The notes: a model not told the origin generated them from the sequence alone. Shown: positions 8,047 through 15,314, counted from the stretch's first letter. The stretch: DNA of 24,000 bases from Glycomyces buryatensis (GCF_004912275.1 NZ_STGY01000044.1:1-24000), one strand, 5' to 3'. Numbers and translations are program-made.

Positions 8047-8062
8047 AGTGCAGCCTCGCCTT

Positions 8063-8536
8063 TCAATGTTCGGTTATGTCCCCAGCATGTTCAGGACCGA
8101 GCACCGGTGGAAGCTGCGGATATCGACTGCGATACCGCTGGACGACTCTCCGACTCGACTCCGAGAGCTGCTTAACAGATGCCGGCCGGGCAGTTTCACC
8201 GTCGGGCTCAAAGTCGACAGTCCAGATCGCTACTCCAAACTCGTTGCCAGTCGCCCGAAGCAGAGTCCCGTCGTCCCTGAAAACACGCGAGATGCCATGG
8301 AGATGGCCTTTTCGGTACCACTCCTCGAAGACAAGGTCGCCATCCTCGTCGATCTCCCCTGTCGGGCCGTCTCGTACGCCGTCTTTGAAGCTCAGGAACT
8401 CGAATCCCCCATCGGACCGCTCCTCGCCGAGCACACCATCGAACAAGTAGTCGCCACGCCAATACATGGAATTGTCATCGATGGTCACGTCATCGCCAGA
8501 CGTTTCCAAAACTCTGGGATCGTAGTCAGGTTTCAT
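8063..8536 (-). CDS. MORN-repeat-variant protein (157 aa), YwqK-type antitoxin/immunity candidate
   Basis: It has repeated Y/F-x-x-G-x-x-(D/H)-G units (FKDGVRDGPTGEIDEDGDLVFEEWYRKGHLHGISRVFRDDGTLL), as in YwqK-family immunity proteins. Its start is 9 nt after the stop of the deaminase gene. Confidence 0.65.
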   Translation of the reverse strand: MKPDYDPRVLETSGDDVTIDDNSMYWRGDYLFDGVLGEERSDGGFEFLSFKDGVRDGPTGEIDEDGDLVFEEWYRKGHLHGISRVFRDDGTLLRATGNEFGVAIWTVDFEPDGETARPASVKQLSESSRRVVQRYRSRYPQLPPVLGPEHAGDITEH

Positions 8537-8545
8537 ATCACTACT

Positions 8546-9271
8546 CTATCCTAAGAAGCCGGTCTTATTTCCATACGGCCGGTCCCAGCCGTCCCAAGCA
8601 CCATCAGCCCCATCGAGCATCTGCGCACAGTTCTCGCAGCATGCCATTCGATCTCCATAACCCTCGGAGCCTTCCTTGTTCACTTTGACGTTCTCGACCA
8701 TGAATTCACTGAGATCAGGGTCTCTACCGTCACTTCGTGCATCACGTAGCGCTTCGTTCATCCCTCGCACTTCCGCATGTTGGCCGGGCACTCCATGATC
8801 GACTTCTATATCAGGGAGATCGGACCCCCTGGGGTTCGGCATGGTCTCGGGCTCCAGCTTCTTCCAACTGGGGTCACCATCGTCATATTTCTTGAACCGC
8901 TCCTTGAGTGGCGGTTCAAGAGATTCTTCGGTCACATCCATTTTCGTGTTGTGGTTGTAGTAAATACGACCACTTTCGCGGTCCCAGACGGCACTCATGC
9001 ACGGTTGACGCCTTCCAGGGCCCCAATACTCCTTGTATCGGTCGTCACTGACCTCTGCGAGCTTCTGAAGCAGCGCATCTCGCAGTCGTGCCCTGTCTGC
9101 AGCGGGGTCGCCGGTGGGGGTGAGATGTGTCGGCGCTTTATTGGGGTTGGAAGGTTTTACAGGATCCTTCTTCTTTTTCTTCTTCTTATTGGGATTCTTG
9201 AAATCCGCGTATGGATCAGTTACCGATTTGTCTTCGCGACCCAGACTGCCCGAGCCGTTTTTTTCCACCAT
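8546..9271 (-). CDS. Stand-alone YwqJ-like nucleic-acid deaminase toxin (241 aa) with N-terminal Lys-rich disordered region
   Basis: Zinc-deaminase signature: GQHAEVRGMNEAL (H-A-E codons at 8771-8779) and MACCENCAQM (C-x-x-C within 8627-8641). A beta-strand segment (CMSAVWDRESGRIYYNHN) precedes it. GC is about 50% against the ~2/3 backbone. An immunity-type gene follows. Confidence 0.7.
   Translation of the reverse strand: MVEKNGSGSLGREDKSVTDPYADFKNPNKKKKKKKDPVKPSNPNKAPTHLTPTGDPAADRARLRDALLQKLAEVSDDRYKEYWGPGRRQPCMSAVWDRESGRIYYNHNTKMDVTEESLEPPLKERFKKYDDGDPSWKKLEPETMPNPRGSDLPDIEVDHGVPGQHAEVRGMNEALRDARSDGRDPDLSEFMVENVKVNKEGSEGYGDRMACCENCAQMLDGADGAWDGWDRPYGNKTGFLG
9165..9187 (-). repeat. 23-nt homopurine (AAG)3-AAA-(AAG)3 tract encoding K7 within the deaminase gene
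   Basis: The plus strand reads tccttcttctttttcttcttctt. On the coding strand this is AAGAAGAAGAAAAAGAAGAAGGA (N-K7-D). Confidence 0.9.
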
Positions 9272-9305
9272 TTCGAGTTCTCTCTTGAGAGGTCGGAATT
9301 GAGGG

Positions 9306-9836
9306 CTAAGAAGGGCTGAGGCCGATAGCGGTGCGAATGATGCCGTAGGCGGCGGTGTCCTGTGCGATCAAGGCCGCATACATGCTGGCCAGCGCCGCCG
9401 TGAAGGCCACTGCACCGGATTGGTAGGCCGCCAGCACCGCTGGAGCGGCCGGGCCTGCCGATGAGACTTGCGACCACTGACTCGGACCCAAGATCACCAT
9501 CGGGGTAGGCAGGACCCTATAGCCGATCGCCTCCGCCGATTGCTTGGTCGCCTTCAGCGCCGTCACCGTGGCCATCATGGTTGCGCCCATGCTCTCCAGC
9601 GCGCCCGCGCACACCACCAGTGCCGCATCACTGCGCCCTATGAAGCCAGCAACATCGCCTCCCCAGCGCACCATCTCCTGGTAGTCATCGCCCTGCCAGC
9701 TCGCGCCCATCCCCGCGACTTCCCCTGCATGCTGCGCACCCAAAGTGGTCACCTTCCCGGCCGCAGCCGCAATGGCCGCACCGAGGGACATCAACTGGGC
9801 CGGATTGGCGTCAAGCGCCTGCTGAAACGTGGGCAT
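9306..9836 (-). CDS. WXG/LXG-like protein (176 aa), putative T7SS carrier/partner for the downstream toxin
   Basis: ORF 9306..9863 trimmed to the ATG at 9836 (MPTFQQALD), 1 nt after the upstream stop (TGAcATG). It has a W-x-G motif (GASWQGDDY) in a helical hairpin, then an Ala-rich helical C-terminal extension. GC3 stays high to the last codons. Confidence 0.6.
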   Translation of the reverse strand: MPTFQQALDANPAQLMSLGAAIAAAAGKVTTLGAQHAGEVAGMGASWQGDDYQEMVRWGGDVAGFIGRSDAALVVCAGALESMGATMMATVTALKATKQSAEAIGYRVLPTPMVILGPSQWSQVSSAGPAAPAVLAAYQSGAVAFTAALASMYAALIAQDTAAYGIIRTAIGLSPS

Positions 9837-9837
9837 G

Positions 9838-10197
9838 TCAGGCCCGCACCGACGGTCCGCCATTGATGGTGGGCACTTGGAAACCGCTCAGGTCAGATTC
9901 GAAGGGTTTGAAGTCGGCGGCTCCGTCTTCATCGGCCTTGTCCCAGCTACGTGCGACTTTCGTGAGCACGCTGTGGGTGTCAGACAAGTGCTCGTGGAGC
10001 TCCTGCATGTCCTCTTTGAAGTCGTCGGCAAACTCCTTCGCCCCATCTGCGCACATGAAGCCGCGGTTGGCGGTTTCCGCCCGCTGGGCCGCGCGCACCA
10101 CGTCCTGCGGCAGGCTCTTCGCCTCGCTCGACAACTGCTTCATCTTCTGCGCACCGGAAAGTATCCGGGCGCTCTCGATCATCACAATGCCGACCAT
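9838..10197 (-). CDS. Small (119 aa) alpha-helical protein, WXG100-like / LXG-associated helper candidate
   Basis: ORF 9838..10239 trimmed to the ATG at 10197, with GGAGG 8 nt upstream. It is predicted all-helical (…EFADDFKEDMQELHEHLSDTHSVLTKVARSWDKADEDG…) and tightly coupled to the WXG/LXG-like gene. Confidence 0.55.
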   Translation of the reverse strand: MVGIVMIESARILSGAQKMKQLSSEAKSLPQDVVRAAQRAETANRGFMCADGAKEFADDFKEDMQELHEHLSDTHSVLTKVARSWDKADEDGAADFKPFESDLSGFQVPTINGGPSVRA

Positions 10198-10275
10198 GGC
10201 CGAACCTCCAGAGACACAACGCAAGCACAGAGCGCTCACATTTTATCGTCTGGTCGCCAAGGCAGGGGTACGCGA

Positions 10276-11130
10276 TCAGCGAGTGGCTTCCGCCCCAGCC
10301 TGTTGGGTTCCGGTGTCTCCGTTGCCGTTCTCCAGTGGCCATACCGTGGCCTCGACCGAGCCGACAAGTTCCAGCGGGCCCACCAGTGACGCCGTTCGCG
10401 CGACGGTGAAGTCGTCCAGAGCGAGCAGGCTGATGCCGCCGCGGCTTTGGGCAACTGCGGCGTAGTAGGCACCGGTGCCCCGGTCCTGGAAGACCCAGCC
10501 CGGTCTGGTGTCGGTCGGAATCGTGGGCACGCCTCCCGCCCGCCGCGGGTCCGGCAGGGCGCCGGTGGAAGCGGTGTCGGGCGCGAACGGCGACGTCGGG
10601 TAGTGCGGCTGGGGTGCCGAGCCTTCTGGGTCGGTCGGGGTTTCGTTGTAATCAGGCACTTGATACCTCGTGGGATCGCCGGATACAGGGATGGGCGGCG
10701 GGTTCATCGGCTGGTCGGGGACCGCGATGAGGGCGCGGACCTCCACCTTGCCGGCGACGGTGTTGACGGCGACCACTCCGATGCCGAGTGCCACCAGGTC
10801 AAGGCCCACCGCGAGGAGGACGCGCAGGTTCGGGTCGAGTCCGGTACCGAAGCGCGCCAGAGAGAACAGTGCAACAGCAAGCGCGAACACGACGAGTCCG
10901 GCCATCGCACCGGCGAGCGCGATCGGCCGCGAGACCCGCGGGGCGGGGGCGGACGGCCACTTCTCGGCGGCGCGGACACCGCCGAGTGCGATCGCCGAGA
11001 GCGCGGCCAGCGCGAGACCGGCGACGGCGAAGGCGATCGCGGCGGCGGTGAGCCGGCCGGCGATGTCGTCGATGTAGTCCACGTAGGGCTCCAGATCGTC
11101 GGGCTTGCGTTGTGTCGGTTCGGGCTCCAT
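10276..11130 (-). CDS. Membrane protein (284 aa), about 4 TM helices plus a Pro-rich linker and C-terminal extracytoplasmic domain; function unknown
   Basis: Four hydrophobic stretches include AAAIAFAVAGLALAALSAIAL, IALAGAMAGLVVFALAVALF and LLAVGLDLVALGIGVVAV. It is the first gene of the minus-strand toxin operon, divergent from the T4SS operon. Confidence 0.55.
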   Translation of the reverse strand: MEPEPTQRKPDDLEPYVDYIDDIAGRLTAAAIAFAVAGLALAALSAIALGGVRAAEKWPSAPAPRVSRPIALAGAMAGLVVFALAVALFSLARFGTGLDPNLRVLLAVGLDLVALGIGVVAVNTVAGKVEVRALIAVPDQPMNPPPIPVSGDPTRYQVPDYNETPTDPEGSAPQPHYPTSPFAPDTASTGALPDPRRAGGVPTIPTDTRPGWVFQDRGTGAYYAAVAQSRGGISLLALDDFTVARTASLVGPLELVGSVEATVWPLENGNGDTGTQQAGAEATR

Positions 11131-11183
11131 TGTGCGGCCCGTGCACGCTATCGAGCGTAGGACACCGACCTCCCCCAGTTTAG

Positions 11184-11199
11184 TGTCGGATTCCCGACA
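11184..11199. promoter_or_regulatory. Candidate operator palindrome in the divergent intergenic region between the toxin operon and the T4SS operon
   Basis: The palindrome is TGTCGG-attc-CCGACA (6-bp arms). A TATGAT -10-like hexamer lies at 11316-11321 on the plus strand, with only a weak -35. Purely sequence-based. Confidence 0.2.
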
Positions 11200-11421
11200 T
11201 GGAGTGATCGCCCGCAGGTCATTGCGGCCATTGATCGATTCCGATTCACTTGACGATGCTAGGTTCGCGGTCGCGCGTCGAACCGGCGAACGTGCACTCC
11301 GTCAGGGTCGCGGCATATGATGAGGGCAGACCCCGTGAAGGGTTGGGAGCCAAGAGACATGAGTGAAACTTGCATAACGTGAGGTCCATGTGACCCGTGT
11401 GGCAAGAGATGGGAATGAACG

Positions 11422-11703
11422 ATGAGAGAGACCTTCTGGACCATGGCGGCACACATGTCGCCAGTGGCGTCCGCCGAGATCAATACCAGCGGGATCATCG
11501 GCTTCTTCCTCTCGAAGATCGCCCCGATCCTCCTCGCCATCCTCGGCTTGATCTTCATCGCCCGCGCCAATAAGGGCGAGGTCAGCCGCGTACTCACCTC
11601 CTCCACCATCGCCATCCTCGGCATCGCCTTCATTGCCGGAGCGGTCGTCCTGGTGGCCGTCGGCGGCGGTCTCGTCGACGTCCTCTTCAGCAACGAGGAT
11701 TAA
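11422..11703 (+). CDS. VirB2/TrbC-like small two-TM protein (93 aa), T4SS pilin-like subunit
   Basis: It has two hydrophobic helices (IIGFFLSKIAPILLAILGLIFIA and IAILGIAFIAGAVVLVAV). It is the first gene of an operon containing VirB3-, VirB4- and VirB6-like genes. The start is uncertain (ATG 11422, 11443 or 11455). Confidence 0.5.
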   Translation: MRETFWTMAAHMSPVASAEINTSGIIGFFLSKIAPILLAILGLIFIARANKGEVSRVLTSSTIAILGIAFIAGAVVLVAVGGGLVDVLFSNED

Positions 11704-11787
11704 CCAGCCCCCACACTCCTCGGCGAAGTCCGCTAGCCGAGCCCGAACCATTGCAATACGTACTACCGGCCTGGACGGAGGACGCCA

Positions 11788-12177
11788 ATGCGCTTGCGCA
11801 CCGACGATGACATCTACCGTGCCCGGCTGCTCTACCTCGGCCCTCCCGGCTACACGCTCCCCGTCCACCTCCCCTACGGCCAGTACGGCGCCTTCGCCGG
11901 CCTGCTCGCGCTGTTCATGTTCATCCGCTGGGGCATCACCGGCGACGTCGAGCTCTTCCCCGCCATCGAGATCTCCCTCGCCCTCGTCGCGACCTCGCTG
12001 ATCTTCCGATACGTCGACGCCGACCGCCCCGCCACCAGCGTCCTGCGCACGCTCCTCACCGACTGGAAGCACACCCGCGACGCCGGGCACGAGCAGCGGA
12101 TCCCGGCGTTCACCACCCGGTCGATCCGTCTGCGTCCCACACTCGTTGAGTCCGCCCGACCTGAGGAGCGCCTATGA
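11788..12177 (+). CDS. VirB3/PrgI-like two-TM protein (129 aa)
   Basis: GGACGGAGGA precedes the ATG. It has two TM helices (YGAFAGLLALFMFIRWGI and AIEISLALVATSLIF). An ATGA overlap links it to the VirB4-like ATPase, the usual VirB3-VirB4 arrangement. Confidence 0.55.
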   Translation: MRLRTDDDIYRARLLYLGPPGYTLPVHLPYGQYGAFAGLLALFMFIRWGITGDVELFPAIEISLALVATSLIFRYVDADRPATSVLRTLLTDWKHTRDAGHEQRIPAFTTRSIRLRPTLVESARPEERL

Positions 12178-15100
12178 GCGGCGAGGATCGCCGACAGCCC
12201 GTCGCCAAGTTCTCGGCGCCCCGGCCCCCGGCGCCGGTGCGCGACCGGGAACGGCACCGCGACGAGGAGGACGACGACACCACGGCGCTGGCCGACGCGA
12301 TCTTCCGCTCGGAACCGGCGCCGGCGCCCGCGCCGCACCCCCCGACCGCCAACGCCCAGCCTCCGGCCTCACCCCCGCCGACCTCCCACATCTTGGGAGT
12401 CCAGCAGGGCACGCCTCAGGACGCCGCCCGACACGCGATGCCACCTGCGTCGCCGACGCCGCCGTCCACCGGTGGTCCACAGAGTTATCCACAGAATCAG
12501 GCAAGTTATCCACAGGGGTATCCACAGCGTTACCCACAGGCTCCGACCAGCGGGAATCCACAGAGTTATCCACAACAAGCACCGGGTTATCCACAGGGAA
12601 CCGGAAGTTATCCACAGGCCGGTAACCAGCAGCGCGGCAGTGTTTCCACAGGTCACCGGAATGACGCCCAAACCGGTCGGAACGGGAAGGTCCCGAGCCA
12701 GGACCTCGTCCCGATCAGGCAGGCGAACACCGACGCCGCGACGCTCGACAAGGGCGACGCCAAACCGACCCGCGTCCCCAAACCGGCGAAGAAGGAGAAG
12801 GAGCGCCAGCCGCTCCGCGAGCTCTCGCTGACCGAGATCGCCGGGCACGCGACCTTCACGCCCGCGTCGGTCACCGCCTGGTACGTCCTGCCCGGCGTCC
12901 GCTGGTCCTTCCGCCCCGATCTGGAGCGCGAAGCCCTCATCACCGCGATCTCGGAGCAGTTCGCCGGCCTCGCCGGGATGCGCATCCACATGCGTCGCAC
13001 CACCAAGCCGTTCGCCGCCGACGACTGGGCCCGCAACGTCGACCGGTACACCGCCAAGCCGCTGCGCACCGCCCCCGGCGGCACCTCCTGGGCCGAGCAC
13101 CTGGTCGCCGCTCAGCGGCACCTGCACTCGCTCTCCCACGCCGAGGGCCAGACCTTCCTGGGTATCACCTTCGCCCGCCGGTCCACCTTCGACAACCTGG
13201 GCGAGAAGGTCGGCCGCGTCTTCGGCCGCGGCACCAAGCTCTCCGAGCGTGAGCGCATCGAGAAGCGCAGCCAGCAGTTCGACGAGGTCCTCGGTTCCTT
13301 CGGGGTCCGCGCTCGCCGCGCCACCACCGCCGATCTCGAATGGCTCGTCTTCCGCTCCGTCGCCCTCGGCATGGAGCCCCCGCGCCTGCTCTCCGGCTCC
13401 GCCTCGGACTGGGACACCGGCGACGTCCTCGCCCTCACCGAGTCCATCGAGCGCTACCGCAGCCCCTACGGCTCCACGGTCAAGCTCGTCAACCGCCTCA
13501 CCGGCGAGGAGAAGCACACCGCCGTCCTGACCGTCGGCCGCATGGAGGAACTGGAGATCCCCCAGCGCCACGAGCCGTGGCTGCACTTCCACGAGCGCTG
13601 CCCCTGGCCGCTCGAGATCTCCAGCCGCGTCGACATCCTCGGCCCCGGCGAGGCCTTCCGCGACCTCGACCACCGCCTGCGCCTCATCCGTTCACAGCAG
13701 CGCGACTACGACGAGCACGCCATGGACGCCCCGCCCGAGCTCCAGCGCCTCGCCGAGCGCGCCCTCGGCGTCGGCGACGAGATGACCACCGGCCTGCCCA
13801 TCGACGCCGCCCGCGCCCACGGCTGGCACCGCATCGCCGTCACCGCCGACACCAAAGAGGAATGCCTGGAGCGCGCCCGCACGCTCATGAACATGTACCA
13901 GCGGGACATGCGCATCAGCCTCCAGCACCCCAAGAACCAGGACTGGCTCGCCCGCGAGTTCATCCCCGGTGAGCCCGTCGCCGGCACCGGCTACATCCGA
14001 CGGATGCCCGTCAAGCTCTTCGCCGCCGCCCTCCCCCAGGCCGCCTCCACGGTCGGCGACCAGCGCGGGGACCTGATCGGCCGCACCGCCGGCACCAGCC
14101 GCAGGCCCGTCTTCCTCGACCTCCACTTCGCCACCGAGGTCCGCGAGAAGTCCGGCCTGAGCGTCTTCGTCGCCGAACCCGGCGGCGGCAAGTCCACGCT
14201 CATGGGCGCGCTCGGCTACCTGGCCGCCAAGCGCGGCGTCCAGGTCACCCTGCTCGACCCGTCCGGTCCGCTCGCCCGCCTCTGCGACATGCCCGAGCTC
14301 GCGCCGCACTCGCGCGTGCTCAACCTGACCGGCTCCGAATACGGGACGCTCGCGCCCTACGCGCTCATCCCCTCGCCCAGACGCGAGCACTACGCCGATT
14401 CGCCCGACGGCCAGCGCGAATACGACATAGCCGTCTCCAACGCCCGCTCCGAGCGGCGCATGCTGGTCCAGGACATCTGCGCCATGCTCCTGCCCCCGCA
14501 GATCCAACGCGAGGCGAGCACCGCCAGGCTGCTGCGCCACGCGGCCCGCCACGTCCCGGCCGAAGAGGACTCCGCCCTCGAGGACATCGTCGAATCGCTC
14601 CAGGACGCCGAGGACCACGTCACCGGCGACGGCGCCGAACTCGCCGCGCTCCTGCTCGACACCGCCGAGATGCCGCTCGCGAAGCTCTTCTTCGGCAACG
14701 CCGACAAGGGCGTCCTCGAGGACGACACCGCGCTCACCGTCATCACCATGTCCGGTCTGCGCCTGCCCGACCTGGCCATCGAGCGCGAGTACTGGAGCGC
14801 CGAAGAGGCCCTGGCCTTGCCAATGCTCCACACCGCCCACCGCCTCGCGGTGCGCCGCGCCTACGGCGGGGACATGAACCGCCGCAAGCTCGTCGGCCTG
14901 GACGAGGCCCACTTCATGGAGGGCTGGAAGTCCGGCCGCAGCTTCCTGGTCCGCCTCGCCCGCGACTCCCGCAAGTGGAACCTGGCCGCGCTCGTCGCCA
15001 GCCAGAACCCCAAGGACATCCTGAGCCTCGACGTCCAGAACCTCGTCTCCACCGTGTTCGTGGGCCGCATCGCCGAGGACCGCGACGTCGCGGAGGAAGC

Positions 15101-15314
15101 GCTCAAGATGCTCCGCGTCCCCACCGGAGTCGGCTACGAGAACGTCCTCGCCTCACTCAGCGAGGTGGCCGCCGAAGACACCGAACGCCTCCGCTACCGC
15201 GAGTTCGTCATGCGCGACGTCGACGGCCGCGTCCAACGCATCCGCGCCGACTTCAGTTATGTGAGAGGACTACTCGACTACCTGAACACCACGCCCGGGG
15301 AGGAGAAGCGGTGA
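12174..15314 (+). CDS. VirB4/TraE/PrgJ-like T4SS ATPase (1046 aa) with a ~215-aa disordered N-terminal extension
   Basis: Walker A is AEPGGGKST (GGGKST at 14181-14198). Walker B is KLVGLDEAH (DE at 14901-14906). A downstream LVASQNPKD motif is present. GC3 is high from the ATG at 12174, so the extension is translated. The extension is Pro-rich, with S/G/R-Y-P-Q repeats. Confidence 0.85.
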   Translation: MSGEDRRQPVAKFSAPRPPAPVRDRERHRDEEDDDTTALADAIFRSEPAPAPAPHPPTANAQPPASPPPTSHILGVQQGTPQDAARHAMPPASPTPPSTGGPQSYPQNQASYPQGYPQRYPQAPTSGNPQSYPQQAPGYPQGTGSYPQAGNQQRGSVSTGHRNDAQTGRNGKVPSQDLVPIRQANTDAATLDKGDAKPTRVPKPAKKEKERQPLRELSLTEIAGHATFTPASVTAWYVLPGVRWSFRPDLEREALITAISEQFAGLAGMRIHMRRTTKPFAADDWARNVDRYTAKPLRTAPGGTSWAEHLVAAQRHLHSLSHAEGQTFLGITFARRSTFDNLGEKVGRVFGRGTKLSERERIEKRSQQFDEVLGSFGVRARRATTADLEWLVFRSVALGMEPPRLLSGSASDWDTGDVLALTESIERYRSPYGSTVKLVNRLTGEEKHTAVLTVGRMEELEIPQRHEPWLHFHERCPWPLEISSRVDILGPGEAFRDLDHRLRLIRSQQRDYDEHAMDAPPELQRLAERALGVGDEMTTGLPIDAARAHGWHRIAVTADTKEECLERARTLMNMYQRDMRISLQHPKNQDWLAREFIPGEPVAGTGYIRRMPVKLFAAALPQAASTVGDQRGDLIGRTAGTSRRPVFLDLHFATEVREKSGLSVFVAEPGGGKSTLMGALGYLAAKRGVQVTLLDPSGPLARLCDMPELAPHSRVLNLTGSEYGTLAPYALIPSPRREHYADSPDGQREYDIAVSNARSERRMLVQDICAMLLPPQIQREASTARLLRHAARHVPAEEDSALEDIVESLQDAEDHVTGDGAELAALLLDTAEMPLAKLFFGNADKGVLEDDTALTVITMSGLRLPDLAIEREYWSAEEALALPMLHTAHRLAVRRAYGGDMNRRKLVGLDEAHFMEGWKSGRSFLVRLARDSRKWNLAALVASQNPKDILSLDVQNLVSTVFVGRIAEDRDVAEEALKMLRVPTGVGYENVLASLSEVAAEDTERLRYREFVMRDVDGRVQRIRADFSYVRGLLDYLNTTPGEEKR
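12473..12650 (+). repeat. Array of ten co-oriented DnaA-box-like 9-mers, five of them perfect TTATCCACA, inside the VirB4-like CDS
   Basis: Perfect TTATCCACA at 12485, 12506, 12566, 12587 and 12608. One mismatch: GTATCCACA at 12518 and TTACCCACA at 12530. Weaker: TGGTCCACA at 12473, GAATCCACA at 12554 and GTTTCCACA at 12642. All spacings are multiples of 3 (12/21/24 nt), except 34 nt before the last, weakest site at 12642. Confidence 0.9.

Noticed and set aside
11250-11280. TTGACG hexamer (11250-11255) and the GGTTCG...CGAACC inverted repeat, considered as a promoter/operator for the T4SS operon
   Set aside because: No acceptable -10 element lies at 16-19-nt spacing, and the repeat arms are short. 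It is not distinguishable from chance without transcript mapping.
10447-12090. ORFs 10447..11160 (+, 237 aa) and 11302..12090 (-, 262 aa)
   Set aside because: They are shadow ORFs antisense to the membrane protein and to the VirB2/VirB3-like genes. Their composition is strongly biased (Arg/Gly/Asp/Glu).
12473-12650. The repeat region considered as a CRISPR array or non-coding tandem repeat
   Set aside because: The units are 9-mers at 12-24-nt spacing with no spacer-repeat architecture. All but the outlying last site (34 nt) keep the VirB4-like reading frame, and the flanking sequence is clearly coding in that frame. It is reported instead as an in-CDS DnaA-box-like array.
12369-14912. Minus-strand ORFs 12369..13673 (434 aa) and 13692..14912 (406 aa)
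   Set aside because: They are antisense to the VirB4-like gene, which has Walker A/B motifs and strong GC3 in its own frame. Their translations are Gly/Ala/Glu/Val low-complexity.
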